Part shown: piece after piece, positions 42,541 to 51,441 of the stretch
How the letters are laid out: the number at the start of each line of letters is the position of its first letter
Numbering within the stretch: position 1 is the first letter of the stretch
Translations under genes and position numbers: made by a program
The notes under the pieces: model-generated
Seen by the model: only the letters and a program-made list of their open reading frames with translations
The model's database searches: none
Told to the model about the DNA's origin: nothing
Origin: an uncultured Eubacteriales bacterium
GTDB lineage: Bacteria; Bacillota; Clostridia; Christensenellales; Aristaeellaceae
Length of the DNA: 64,000 bases
Direction: 5' to 3'
Assembly (NCBI GenBank): GCA_902765395.1
Contig: CACWZP010000011.1
Span: forward strand, 50,031-114,030

Positions 42541-44872
42541 CCTTCCCGCCCGCGATGCGCTTGAGTTCCCGCTCGCAGAAATCGCACAGCTCCCGGGCGG
42601 TCTCGGCGCTGGCGGCCTCGGTGACGATGCGGAAGGCCGCGCGGCGCTCGTCCGGGCAGATCCAGGCCCAGCCGTCGCCCCGGCGCAGGCGCATGCCGCC
42701 GCCCAGCTCCACGTTCCGCTCCCGCTGGGCCAGGGTGCGCAGGATGCGGCCGGTCTGGCTGATGGGGATGGCCACGCTGCGGCTGCGGCGGGCCACGGCG
42801 GGCATGCCCCGCCGCCAGTCGGCCAGGGTCAGCCCCTCCTTCGCCAGCGCGCCCAGCGCCATCAGCGCCCCGGCGATGCCATCCCGCTGCAGCGCGAACT
42901 GCGCCGGGGAGCGCTCCGCCAGCGCGTTCAGCCACAGCGCCTCTTCGCCGCCCATGAATTCCACCCGCGCGCCGCGCGCCCGGGCCAGCTGCTGCACCGC
43001 CCGCGTGGCCTGCGCCGGCATCAGCAGCGCGTCCTCGCCCCGTTCAAGCGCCGTCCAGGCCATGAGCAGCTGGCCCTCGCCCTCGCTGAGCGCGCCGCTG
43101 TCATCGGAAAAGACACAGCTCTCGCCCATGTCGCCCAGCGTGACGCCGAACTCTCCGGGGGCCAGCGCCGCCTCGGCGGGATCGGCCGCGCGCACCCGCA
43201 GTCCCGTCCGGGCGAAGGCGCGCTCCGCCAGGTCGAGGATGTGGGCGTCCTCCGCGAACAGGGCCACCGGCGGCGACTTGGCCGGGTCGGCGGCGTACCG
43301 GGCCGCAGCCCAGGCGACGTATACCGCGTCCGACTCGCCCGCCGGGAGGACGGCAGGTGTATCTGCGGAGAAGGGCGGGTCGAAGTCCTGCCGGGAGAGC
43401 CGGGCGCTCACGTCCCGCTGCTGGCGGCTGGTCAGGCCCGCGCCGGAGGGGTTCAGGGGCAGGAGGCCCGCCCCGGTGACCAGCGCGGCGAAGGGACTTC
43501 CCAGGCCGATCTGCCTGCGTCGCAGCTGGGGCAGCGCGCATGTGCCCGCGTCCAGCACCCGCACGCCCTGGGCCATGGCGCCCGCCGCCGCCGCGTGCCA
43601 AAGCGCGTCCGCCGCGCCGCCGTTGACACGGCCCAGCAGCAGCTCCCGGCACTTGAGGGCCGAGACCAGCGCCTGAACCGCCCGGGCGGCCTGGGCGGGG
43701 GAGGACAGCGCCAGCGCGCCGCCGTCGAAGGCCGCCTCCCGCCGGTGTCCCCAGACCAGGTTGGCCTCCAGACGCTCGCCGTCGCCGCCCCGCTTGCCGG
43801 GCCACAGCTTCACCCCGGGCAGCAGCACGGCCCGCTCGCCCAGCGCCGCGCCGGTGCCCAGCACGGCTTCCTCATAGGCCTGCGCGCCTTCGCCCAGCAC
43901 GGCCCCTGCGGCCAGCACGCAGCCCCGGGCCTGGGCCCCGCGCAGGAGTTTTGCGCCCTGCCAGAGCACCGACCGCTTCACGCTGGCGCCCTCGCCCACC
44001 ACGCAGTCCGGCCCGATGACGCTGTATGGGCCCACGTAGGCCCCTGCCAGCACCCGCGCTCCCGGCCCGATCAGGCACGGTCCCTCCAGCACGGCGGCGC
44101 GGTCGACCACGGCTCCCGGCAGCTGGGCCACCTTCCCGGCCCGGGGCGCCAGCCCCTCCACGCGGATGCGGCCCTCCAGGGCGTCGGCATGGGCGGCCAG
44201 GTAAGCCCGCACATCGCCGATGTCGCACCAGTAGCCCTCCATCACATAGCCGTAAACCGGCAATCCCGCCTTTACGAGCGCCGGGAACAGGTCGTGGCCG
44301 AAGTCGCAGGGGTGTCCGTCGGGGATGTGTTCCAGCGCCTGGGGCTCCAGGATGTAGATGCCGGTGTTCACCGTGTCGGACACCACCTCGCTCCAGTCCG
44401 GCTTCTCGTGGAAGGACCTCACCCGGCCGTCCGCGCCGGTGAGCACCACGCCGTAATCCAGCGGGTTGTCCGCCCGCTTCAGCACCAGCGTGGCCAGCGC
44501 GCCCTTGCGCCGGTGATACTCTGCGGCGGCGGCGATGTCCAGGTCGGTGATGCCGTCGCCGGACAGCACCACGAAGGTCTCGTCTAGGAAGGCCGAGGCC
44601 TGCTTCACGCCCCCGGCGGTGCCCAGCGGCGTCTTTTCGATGAAATAGCGCAGGTCCACGCCAAAGGCGTCCCCGGCGCCGAAGCAGTCCATGATGGCGT
44701 CGGGCAGGTAGCCCAGGGTGGCCGCGATTTGGGTGATGCCGTGCTGCTTCAAGAGCGCCAGCGCGTATTGCATCACGGGACGGTTCATCAGCTTAATCAT
44801 CGGCTTGGGACAGTCGCAGGTCAGCGGCCGCAGCCGCGTGCCCTCGCCGCCCGCCATGATGATCGCCTTCAT
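42536..44872 (-). CDS. Fusion protein: NDP-sugar pyrophosphorylase (NTP-transferase + LbH) with C-terminal phosphohexomutase-like region
   Basis: MKAIIMAGGEGTRLRPLT nucleotidyl-transferase motif and hexapeptide-repeat middle. The PGM/PMM-like C-terminal part lacks a TASHNP-type loop. Confidence 0.8.
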   Translation of the reverse strand: MKAIIMAGGEGTRLRPLTCDCPKPMIKLMNRPVMQYALALLKQHGITQIAATLGYLPDAIMDCFGAGDAFGVDLRYFIEKTPLGTAGGVKQASAFLDETFVVLSGDGITDLDIAAAAEYHRRKGALATLVLKRADNPLDYGVVLTGADGRVRSFHEKPDWSEVVSDTVNTGIYILEPQALEHIPDGHPCDFGHDLFPALVKAGLPVYGYVMEGYWCDIGDVRAYLAAHADALEGRIRVEGLAPRAGKVAQLPGAVVDRAAVLEGPCLIGPGARVLAGAYVGPYSVIGPDCVVGEGASVKRSVLWQGAKLLRGAQARGCVLAAGAVLGEGAQAYEEAVLGTGAALGERAVLLPGVKLWPGKRGGDGERLEANLVWGHRREAAFDGGALALSSPAQAARAVQALVSALKCRELLLGRVNGGAADALWHAAAAGAMAQGVRVLDAGTCALPQLRRRQIGLGSPFAALVTGAGLLPLNPSGAGLTSRQQRDVSARLSRQDFDPPFSADTPAVLPAGESDAVYVAWAAARYAADPAKSPPVALFAEDAHILDLAERAFARTGLRVRAADPAEAALAPGEFGVTLGDMGESCVFSDDSGALSEGEGQLLMAWTALERGEDALLMPAQATRAVQQLARARGARVEFMGGEEALWLNALAERSPAQFALQRDGIAGALMALGALAKEGLTLADWRRGMPAVARRSRSVAIPISQTGRILRTLAQRERNVELGGGMRLRRGDGWAWICPDERRAAFRIVTEAASAETARELCDFCERELKRIAGGKE

Positions 44873-45084
44873 GCGGTTGTTCACATCCTTTATGACAGCA
44901 TGGCATTTTATATGTGGTATTGTGGCCGCATTTGACGCGATTCATGCAAACGGGGCGATTGCCACACTTTTTTAAACCCTCTGCCCGGGATTTTGGTTGA
45001 CGGGAAAGTTAAAACAAGGTATACTATAACCAAAGGCGTGGGTGAAACCCGATGCCGGAACTTACGATAGAGGGGGAACCTGTA

Positions 45085-46365
45085 ATGATGAAGAGGCTTT
45101 TGGCGTGTCTGCTGGTGGTCGCGTGCCTGCTGATGGGCTTTGCGCTGGCTGAAGGAGAGACGCTGGACATGCGCGTCATCAAGTGCACCACGCGCGTGAA
45201 TATCCGCGAGTATCCCACCACCAACGCCACCGTCGTCAGCCACGCCCCGCTGGGCGCGGTGCTGGTGGGCTGCCAGAAGTGCCCGCGCGCGCCTGAATGG
45301 TACGCGGTGGTTTACGAGGGCATTGCCGGTTATATCCGCGGCGACTTCCTGGAGGTCGTGGGCGAGACGGCCGTTCCCGCCGTGGCGGAAGCGCCCGCGG
45401 AGCCCGCTCCCGCCGAGGAAGCGCCTGCCGAGGCCGCTCCCGTGGAGGAAGCGCCCGTGGAGGAGGCCCCGATCGTAGAGGAGCCCGCGCCGGACGCCGC
45501 TTCCGCGGATGTGGAAGAGTATGATCCCGCCAACGATCCGGTGCCCGAGGGCGAGCCGGAGCTGGCGGTGGACGACGTTCCCGAGGACGAGCCGATCGTC
45601 GTGGACGAGCCGGTGGCGGCGGCTGTGGAGGAAGCGCCTGTGGAGGAAGCTCCCGTTGAGGAAGCGCCTGTGGAGGAAGCTCCCGTTGAGGAGGCGCCTG
45701 TGGAGGAAGCTCCCGTTGAAGCGGCTCCCGTCGCGGAAGCCATCGAGCTGCCCGCCGTGGAGAACGCGCCGATCGCCGGTATCACCGACGATTCCGGCTA
45801 TGAGAGCGACAGCGTGATCCTGGATGAAACCGCTGGGAACGCCCATATCATCGCCCGCCGCATCTTCCAGGAGAATCGCGAATACCTGGCCGTGGCGGCC
45901 CTGGACGAGAACGGCAGCCCGATCTGGATGCAGGAAACCGCCGTCGACGAGATCGGCGAAGTGAACATGACCGACGCCTTCATCGGCGGCATCGCGGCGC
46001 GTCCGCTGGTGATGCTGTACAACGCCCAGCAGGGCCTGGCGGCCATCGACGCCGCCAACGGCTCCGTCCGCTGGCTGCTGAGCAAGGACGCCCAGAACCT
46101 GGGCGCGGGCCTGTGCCACGCGGTGGTGCCCGGCAACGGAATCATGTACATCGGCGGCTTCCACGGCCCCGATCCCGTGGCCATTGACGCCAACGGCAAC
46201 GTGCTGTGGCAGTCCGATTCCGGCAGCGACGCCACCTGGCTGTACAGCATCGAGCTGACCAGCGACGGCATCCGCTGCGCCTATGACAACATGGACGGCG
46301 CGGGCAACCCCGGCGCTGTGATCTATGATTACAGCGGCGCGGTCAAGGAGGTCGCGGTCGGCTGA
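45085..46365 (+). CDS. Secreted protein: SH3-like domain, acidic EEAPV repeats, beta-propeller-like C-terminus
   Basis: Signal peptide MMKRLLACLLVVACLLMGFALA. SH3_3-like TRVNIREYPTTNATVV...GYIRGDFL. Tandem EEAPV repeats. Confidence 0.75.
   Translation: MMKRLLACLLVVACLLMGFALAEGETLDMRVIKCTTRVNIREYPTTNATVVSHAPLGAVLVGCQKCPRAPEWYAVVYEGIAGYIRGDFLEVVGETAVPAVAEAPAEPAPAEEAPAEAAPVEEAPVEEAPIVEEPAPDAASADVEEYDPANDPVPEGEPELAVDDVPEDEPIVVDEPVAAAVEEAPVEEAPVEEAPVEEAPVEEAPVEEAPVEAAPVAEAIELPAVENAPIAGITDDSGYESDSVILDETAGNAHIIARRIFQENREYLAVAALDENGSPIWMQETAVDEIGEVNMTDAFIGGIAARPLVMLYNAQQGLAAIDAANGSVRWLLSKDAQNLGAGLCHAVVPGNGIMYIGGFHGPDPVAIDANGNVLWQSDSGSDATWLYSIELTSDGIRCAYDNMDGAGNPGAVIYDYSGAVKEVAVG
45628..45732 (+). 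repeat. In-frame tandem repeat (15/30-bp unit) encoding (EEAPV)n
   Basis: GAGGAAGCGCCTGTGGAGGAAGCTCCCGTT is repeated about 3.5 times. Confidence 0.9.
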
Positions 46366-46379
46366 TCGCAAGGGGAAAG

Positions 46380-46412
46380 AGGAGCGCGGCACATGTGTGC
46401 CGCGCTCCTTAT
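46380..46412 (+). terminator. Intrinsic terminator after the SH3-repeat protein gene
   Basis: AGGAGCGCGGCAC-atgt-GTGCCGCGCTCCT followed by TAT. Confidence 0.7.
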
Positions 46413-46959
46413 GTATGCGCGCAATGCGTGAACTGCCCATATCGCGGCGGGATCAGCGGGGGGATCGGGATCGCGCAAAGACGGGGCAGGGGCGGCGCTT
46501 CGCCGTCCGCCTTGAATCGGGATGCGTTGCGGCAGAAGGCAAGCGACCTCATCCATCAGCGTTCACGCTGGCACCTTCCCTATGGGGAAGGCTGAGCGGG
46601 CGCCCCTGCGGGTCAAAACAAGGGCTTCCTGCTCTTGAATCAGTGATGAAGGAAGCAAATGGTAAATAAACTGGCTCATCACATTTGCCCGGGGAATACC
46701 CCTCTCAGTCAGCCTTCGTCTGCCAGCTCTCCCCCTCACGGGGCGAGCCAAGGCTGCCGCAAAGCTCCATTCCTCTTGCCTCTCCCCCGTGAGGGGGAGA
46801 GGTGCCCGCAGGGCGGAGAGGGGGGCTTCCCCAATTCCCCAGGCTTCCGTGGAGAACCATATAATATACCCCCGCAAACGCAAGCATCCTGCCCTTGAAT
46901 CAATGGGGCAGGATGCTTGTGTAGAAAGGCGGCAGCAAATGGCCGTCGGCACGGCCGAC

Positions 46960-47541
46960 TCAGCTGGGATCGTAGTCGTCGCCGTGCTCCTGGAAGGTGA
47001 GGGTGCCGGTGACGGGATCGTAGATCGGGGGCTTGCAGCGTCCGCAGGGCTTGAAGCCCAGGTAGTAGGCCTCGTAGGTGGTCAGCCGCTGGGAGCTGGC
47101 GAAGGCGAACTTGCACTTGTACTCGTGGTAGCACTCCGCGCCGTCAGCGGCGTAGACGTAGTGCACGTCGTTCTCCACGCCGGGCACGATGATGGATTCG
47201 GTCTGGTCGTTGGTGTAGCCGGGCACGATGAAGTTCGGCAGATCCGGGCCGTAGACCTCCACCTCGGGCTTGTTGGTCACCAGCTCGATGCCGCCGTTCG
47301 CGGCGGTCTTGGGCGTGGGCACGATGAACACCGCCGCCAGCGCCACCACCATCGCGGCGGAAATGCCCGCCTTCAGCGCCATCGGCCAGCGGCAGCTGGG
47401 CCGCCACATCAGAGTCAGTCCTACCGGGGGTACCAGCAGCCACAGCGCCGTCTTCAGGCTGCGGAAGTCGCGGGGCCGCTTGTTTGCCGTCCGCCCCTTC
47501 GACGGCTTTTTCTGCATTTTCGGTATTTTCACGTCAATCAC
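46960..47541 (-). CDS. Hypothetical membrane-anchored protein with C-terminal Cys/His motif
   Basis: Basic N-terminus and 2 TM segments. C-terminal CYHEYKC...CGRC is a possible zinc-binding motif. Confidence 0.6.
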   Translation of the reverse strand: MIDVKIPKMQKKPSKGRTANKRPRDFRSLKTALWLLVPPVGLTLMWRPSCRWPMALKAGISAAMVVALAAVFIVPTPKTAANGGIELVTNKPEVEVYGPDLPNFIVPGYTNDQTESIIVPGVENDVHYVYAADGAECYHEYKCKFAFASSQRLTTYEAYYLGFKPCGRCKPPIYDPVTGTLTFQEHGDDYDPS

Positions 47542-47730
47542 GACCTTTTATCGACAGATTTAGACATAATTCGCTTTCTGTAGTACTATTATAGTCATTT
47601 TTTTCAAAATAGTAAAGGGCAAAAGGCTGGAAATTTCGGTTCAGAAATAAATTTAACAATTTAGAAATAATATTTTGGCTTTGATACGCATAATCAACCA
47701 AACCGCCACAGCCTGTTAATGGTCGAAATC

Positions 47731-47760
47731 TTGACAATGAACAGACGGGGATGTTATAAT
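47731..47760 (+). promoter_or_regulatory. Predicted promoter of the J-domain gene
   Basis: TTGACA, an 18-nt spacer, then TGtTATAAT. Confidence 0.55.
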
Positions 47761-47815
47761 GCGCATATTATAGAAGTTATTACGTAAAATGCAGAAGAAG
47801 GCGAGGTGAAGCGGC

Positions 47816-48304
47816 TTGAACGGCTACGAGGTGCTGAACATCCCGGCGAACGCCACGCGGGACGAGATTCGCGCGGCCTATCGCGAGCTGGCGCGCCGCT
47901 GGCATCCGGACCGCTTCCTGCCCGGCCCCGAGCGGGACTGGGCCAACGAAAAGATGGCCGACATCAACGCCGCCTACAGGCTGTGCCTGAACGGCCTTCG
48001 GGACGCGAAGGTCTCCGCCGCCAGCGAGGACGAGGCGCTCAAGCGGGCGCAGGCGCTGATCGACGACGGCCAGTACCAGTCCGCGCGCAAGCTGCTGATG
48101 GGCCTGGGCACCCGATGCGCCGAGTGGAACTACCTGTTCGGCTGGGTGCTGCTGCACCAGAGCGATACCCAGAAGGCGCTGATCTACCTGTCCGTGGCCG
48201 CCCACCAGAACCCGAACAGCGTGAAATACGCCCGGGCGCTGAAGGAAGCCCAGTCGCGGGGCAGCGTCAGCCGACTGCAGGCGCTGTTCGGAAGACGGAG
48301 ATAA
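47816..48304 (+). CDS. J-domain protein with TPR-like C-terminus
   Basis: TTG start. J-domain YEVLNIPANATRDEIRAAYRELARRWHPDRF contains HPD. Confidence 0.75.
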   Translation: MNGYEVLNIPANATRDEIRAAYRELARRWHPDRFLPGPERDWANEKMADINAAYRLCLNGLRDAKVSAASEDEALKRAQALIDDGQYQSARKLLMGLGTRCAEWNYLFGWVLLHQSDTQKALIYLSVAAHQNPNSVKYARALKEAQSRGSVSRLQALFGRRR

Positions 48305-48361
48305 GACATAAGCGGGGACGGCATTGCGCCGCCCCTGTATTCATTTGTGAGGAGAATCGCC

Positions 48362-49243
48362 ATGAAGCACAGGATCGCCGCAATGATCCTCGCCCTGACG
48401 CTGCTGCTCTGCGCGGCGGCCCGGGCGGAGGTGTATCACATCTCCGACGAGAACGAGATGAACTTCGGCCGGCTGCTCATCAACCTGATCCACGCCCATG
48501 AAAACCCCCAGCCGGGCGACGCCGAGGCCGTGCAGGGCGTGGTGGATGCCATCGGGGCCCTGAGCGAGAGTGATCGCGCCGTGGCCGAGATGATCGCGGA
48601 TCACTGGATGGCGGTCTACGCCGATGCAAACTACCCCATGTACATCCACGACGGCGGCCAGCGCGCCACGGCCCTGGAGGGCACGGCCATCCCTGACAGC
48701 CCCACCCACGCCTTCGTGGTGCTGGGCTACAAGCTGCAAAACGGCGGGATGGCGGATGAGCTGGTGAAGCGCTGCGACGCCGCAGCGGCCGCCGCCCGCA
48801 GTTTCCCCAACACCATCCTGGTCTGCACCGGCGGGCCCACCGGCTCCAACAACCCCAAGATGCACACCGAGGGCGGCGTGATGAAGGCCTATCTCACCGA
48901 GAAGTGCGGCATCGACGCCTCCCGCATCTTTATCGACGAGGAGGCCATGTCCACGGCCCAGAACGCCGAAAAGACCTTCGCCATCATGCGCCAGCAGGGC
49001 GTGTCCACCTACACCATCGTCACCTCCGCCTACCACCAGCGCTGGGGCCAGGTGGACTACAACTGCATGGCCGCCTTCTATCGCCAGGCCTACGGCTATG
49101 AGGCCCGGGTGCTGGAGAATTACAGCTGCGACATCACCTACAACGAGCAGTACAAGAACGACGCCCGCTGGGCGCTGTACCACCTGTCCGTGCTGCTGGA
49201 CCTGCCCCAGTCGGTGAAGGACGCCATCGAGCGGGCGATCTGA
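48362..49243 (+). CDS. Secreted DUF218 (YdcF-like) protein
   Basis: Signal peptide MKHRIAAMILALTLLLCAAARA. DUF218 pattern FVVLGYKLQNGG...ILVCTGGPTG. Confidence 0.78.
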   Translation: MKHRIAAMILALTLLLCAAARAEVYHISDENEMNFGRLLINLIHAHENPQPGDAEAVQGVVDAIGALSESDRAVAEMIADHWMAVYADANYPMYIHDGGQRATALEGTAIPDSPTHAFVVLGYKLQNGGMADELVKRCDAAAAAARSFPNTILVCTGGPTGSNNPKMHTEGGVMKAYLTEKCGIDASRIFIDEEAMSTAQNAEKTFAIMRQQGVSTYTIVTSAYHQRWGQVDYNCMAAFYRQAYGYEARVLENYSCDITYNEQYKNDARWALYHLSVLLDLPQSVKDAIERAI

Positions 49244-49259
49244 GGACGCATATATAAAG

Positions 49260-49290
49260 AAGCCCCGCATCCGAATGGATGCGGGGCTTT
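49260..49290. terminator. Bidirectional terminator (DUF218 gene / tkt)
   Basis: AAGCCCCGCATCC-gaat-GGATGCGGGGCTT followed by T. Confidence 0.8.
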
Positions 49291-49305
49291 GTCGTGTCGC
49301 TTGGG

Positions 49306-51279
49306 TCAGCCGAGAACTTTCTTGGCGGTCGCGGCCACGTTCTCGCCGGTGAAGCCGTACTCCTTGAACAGGAACTTGTAGGGAGCGGAGGCGCCAAAGT
49401 GATCCAGGCCGACCACCGCGCCGTCCAGGCCCACATACTTGTGCCAGCCGAAGGTAGCGGCGGCCTCCACGGCCACGCGGGCGCGCACGGCCTTGGGCAT
49501 CACGGACTCCTTGTACTCCTCGCTCTGCTGGTCGAACAGCTCAAAGGACGGCATGGAGATGACGCGGGCGTCGATGCCTTCCGCCTTCAGAAGCGCCTGG
49601 GCCTCAACGCAGGGCTCCACTTCGGAGCCGGACGCCATCAGCAGCACGTCGGGGGTGGCCTTCTCGCTGTCGGAGAGGATGTAGCCGCCCTTCAGCGCGT
49701 CCAGGCCGCTCTTGTCGTACAGGGGCAGGTCCTGGCGGGTCAGCACCAGGCAGACGGGGTGCTTCTCGGTCATGGCCGCGATCCAGCCCGCCGCCACTTC
49801 CTTGCTGTCTGCGGGGCGGTACACGATCATGCCGGGCACGGCGCGCAGGCCGGCCAGCTGCTCGATGGGCTGGTGGGTGGGGCCGTCCTCGCCGACGCCG
49901 ATGGAGTCGTGGGTGAGGATGTAGGGGATGCCCAGGTTCATGATGCTGGCCATGCGCATGGCGTTCTTCATGTAATCGGAGAACACGAAGAAGGTGGCGC
50001 AGTAGGGCCGCAGGCCGCCGTGCAGCTTGATGCCGTTGCAGATGGCGGCCATGGCATGCTCGCGCACGCCGAAGTGGATGTTCTGGCCGTCCGGGGTCTC
50101 GGCGGAGAAGTCGCCCTTGCCCTTCATGTTGCTCTTGTTGCTGGGCGCCAGGTCGGCGGAGCCGCCGAACAGGTTGGGGATGCGCTCGGCCAGGCGGTTC
50201 AGGGTCACGCCGCTGGAATTGCGGGTGGCGGCCTTGCCCTCGAAGGCGAACAGCTCCTCGTCCTTGGTCAGGTCGATGGGCAGCTCATCGCTGAACCACA
50301 CGTCCCACTCGGCCCGCAGCTCGGGGAACTTCTCGGAATACTCCTTGAACAGCTTCTCCCACTCGGCCTGGGCCTTCTTGCCCTTCTCGATGGTCTTGGC
50401 CGTGCACTCATAGACCTCCTCCGGCACGCCGAAGGGCTCCTCGCAGGGCCAGCCCAGGTTCTTCTTGGTGATGGCGATGTTCTCCTCGCCGAGGGGCTCG
50501 CCGTGGGCGGAGCTCATGCCCTGCTTGGGGGAGCCGTAGCCGATGGCGGTGTGGGTGACCACCAGGGTGGGCTTGTCGGACTTCTTCGCCAGCTTCAGCG
50601 CGGCGTCCACCTGCTTGTAGCAGTTGCCCTCCTTCACGTCGATCACGTTCCAGCCGTAGGCGCGGAACCGGGCGGGCACGTCCTCGCGGAAGGCGATGTC
50701 GGTGTTGCCCTCGATGGAGATCTCGTTGTCGTCGTACACGGCGATCAGTTTGTTCAGGCCCAGGGTGCCCGCCAGGGAGCAGGCCTCATGGCTGATGCCC
50801 TCCATCATGCAGCCGTCGCCCAGGATGCAGTAGGTGTAGTGGTCCACCACGTTGTAGCCCTCGCGGTTGAACTTCGCCGCCAGGTGCTTCTCCGCCATGG
50901 CCATGCCCACCGCGTTGGCGATGCCCTGGCCCAGGGGGCCGGTGGTGGTCTCCACGCCGCGGGTGTGGCCGTACTCGGGATGGCCGGGGGTCAGGCTGCC
51001 GAACTGGCGGAACTGCTTCAGGTCCTCAATGGTCAGGCCGTAGCCGAACAGGTGCAGCAGGCTGTACATCAGCATGGAGCCGTGGCCGGAGGACAGCACG
51101 AAGCGGTCACGGTTGGGCCACTTGGGGTCGGCCGGGTTGTGCTTCATCTCCTTGCCCCAGATGGCGTAGGCGGCGGGTGCCGCGCCCATGGGCATGCCGG
51201 GATGGCCGGACTTCGCCTTCTGAACGCCCTCGGCGGCCAGGATGCGGATCGCGTTGACGACCAGGTTTTCTTTGCTCAT
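49306..51279 (-). CDS. tkt: Transketolase
   Basis: TPP motifs [12 protein letters not shown] and [13 protein letters not shown]. Start at ATG 51279 (MSKENLV). Confidence 0.96.
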   Translation of the reverse strand: MSKENLVVNAIRILAAEGVQKAKSGHPGMPMGAAPAAYAIWGKEMKHNPADPKWPNRDRFVLSSGHGSMLMYSLLHLFGYGLTIEDLKQFRQFGSLTPGHPEYGHTRGVETTTGPLGQGIANAVGMAMAEKHLAAKFNREGYNVVDHYTYCILGDGCMMEGISHEACSLAGTLGLNKLIAVYDDNEISIEGNTDIAFREDVPARFRAYGWNVIDVKEGNCYKQVDAALKLAKKSDKPTLVVTHTAIGYGSPKQGMSSAHGEPLGEENIAITKKNLGWPCEEPFGVPEEVYECTAKTIEKGKKAQAEWEKLFKEYSEKFPELRAEWDVWFSDELPIDLTKDEELFAFEGKAATRNSSGVTLNRLAERIPNLFGGSADLAPSNKSNMKGKGDFSAETPDGQNIHFGVREHAMAAICNGIKLHGGLRPYCATFFVFSDYMKNAMRMASIMNLGIPYILTHDSIGVGEDGPTHQPIEQLAGLRAVPGMIVYRPADSKEVAAGWIAAMTEKHPVCLVLTRQDLPLYDKSGLDALKGGYILSDSEKATPDVLLMASGSEVEPCVEAQALLKAEGIDARVISMPSFELFDQQSEEYKESVMPKAVRARVAVEAAATFGWHKYVGLDGAVVGLDHFGASAPYKFLFKEYGFTGENVAATAKKVLG

Positions 51280-51402
51280 TGGAATGCACTCCTGTCTATA
51301 ATATTTCGATACAGAATTGAGCGGATGCGCACATTCACTCCCAACTATCATTATACCATAAACTTAACGCCCGGGACAAGGGGCAAAAGGCGGATTTGTG
51401 CA

Positions 51403-51431
51403 TAAAAACGGCTTCCCCCTGCGGGGAAGCC
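51403..51431 (-). terminator. Intrinsic terminator after the phosphohexomutase-like gene
   Basis: GGCTTCCCC-gcag-GGGGAAGCC on the minus strand, followed by GTTTTTATG. Confidence 0.75.
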
Positions 51432-51441
51432 GCCTTCAGGT

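Noticed and set aside
46620-46665. The GAAGGAAGCA segment inside a hairpin resembled the conserved domain IV of SRP (4.5S/scRNA) RNA.
   Set aside because: The flanking GGUCC-GGAA tetraloop context and the symmetric-loop partner are absent. The match is only about 10 nt.
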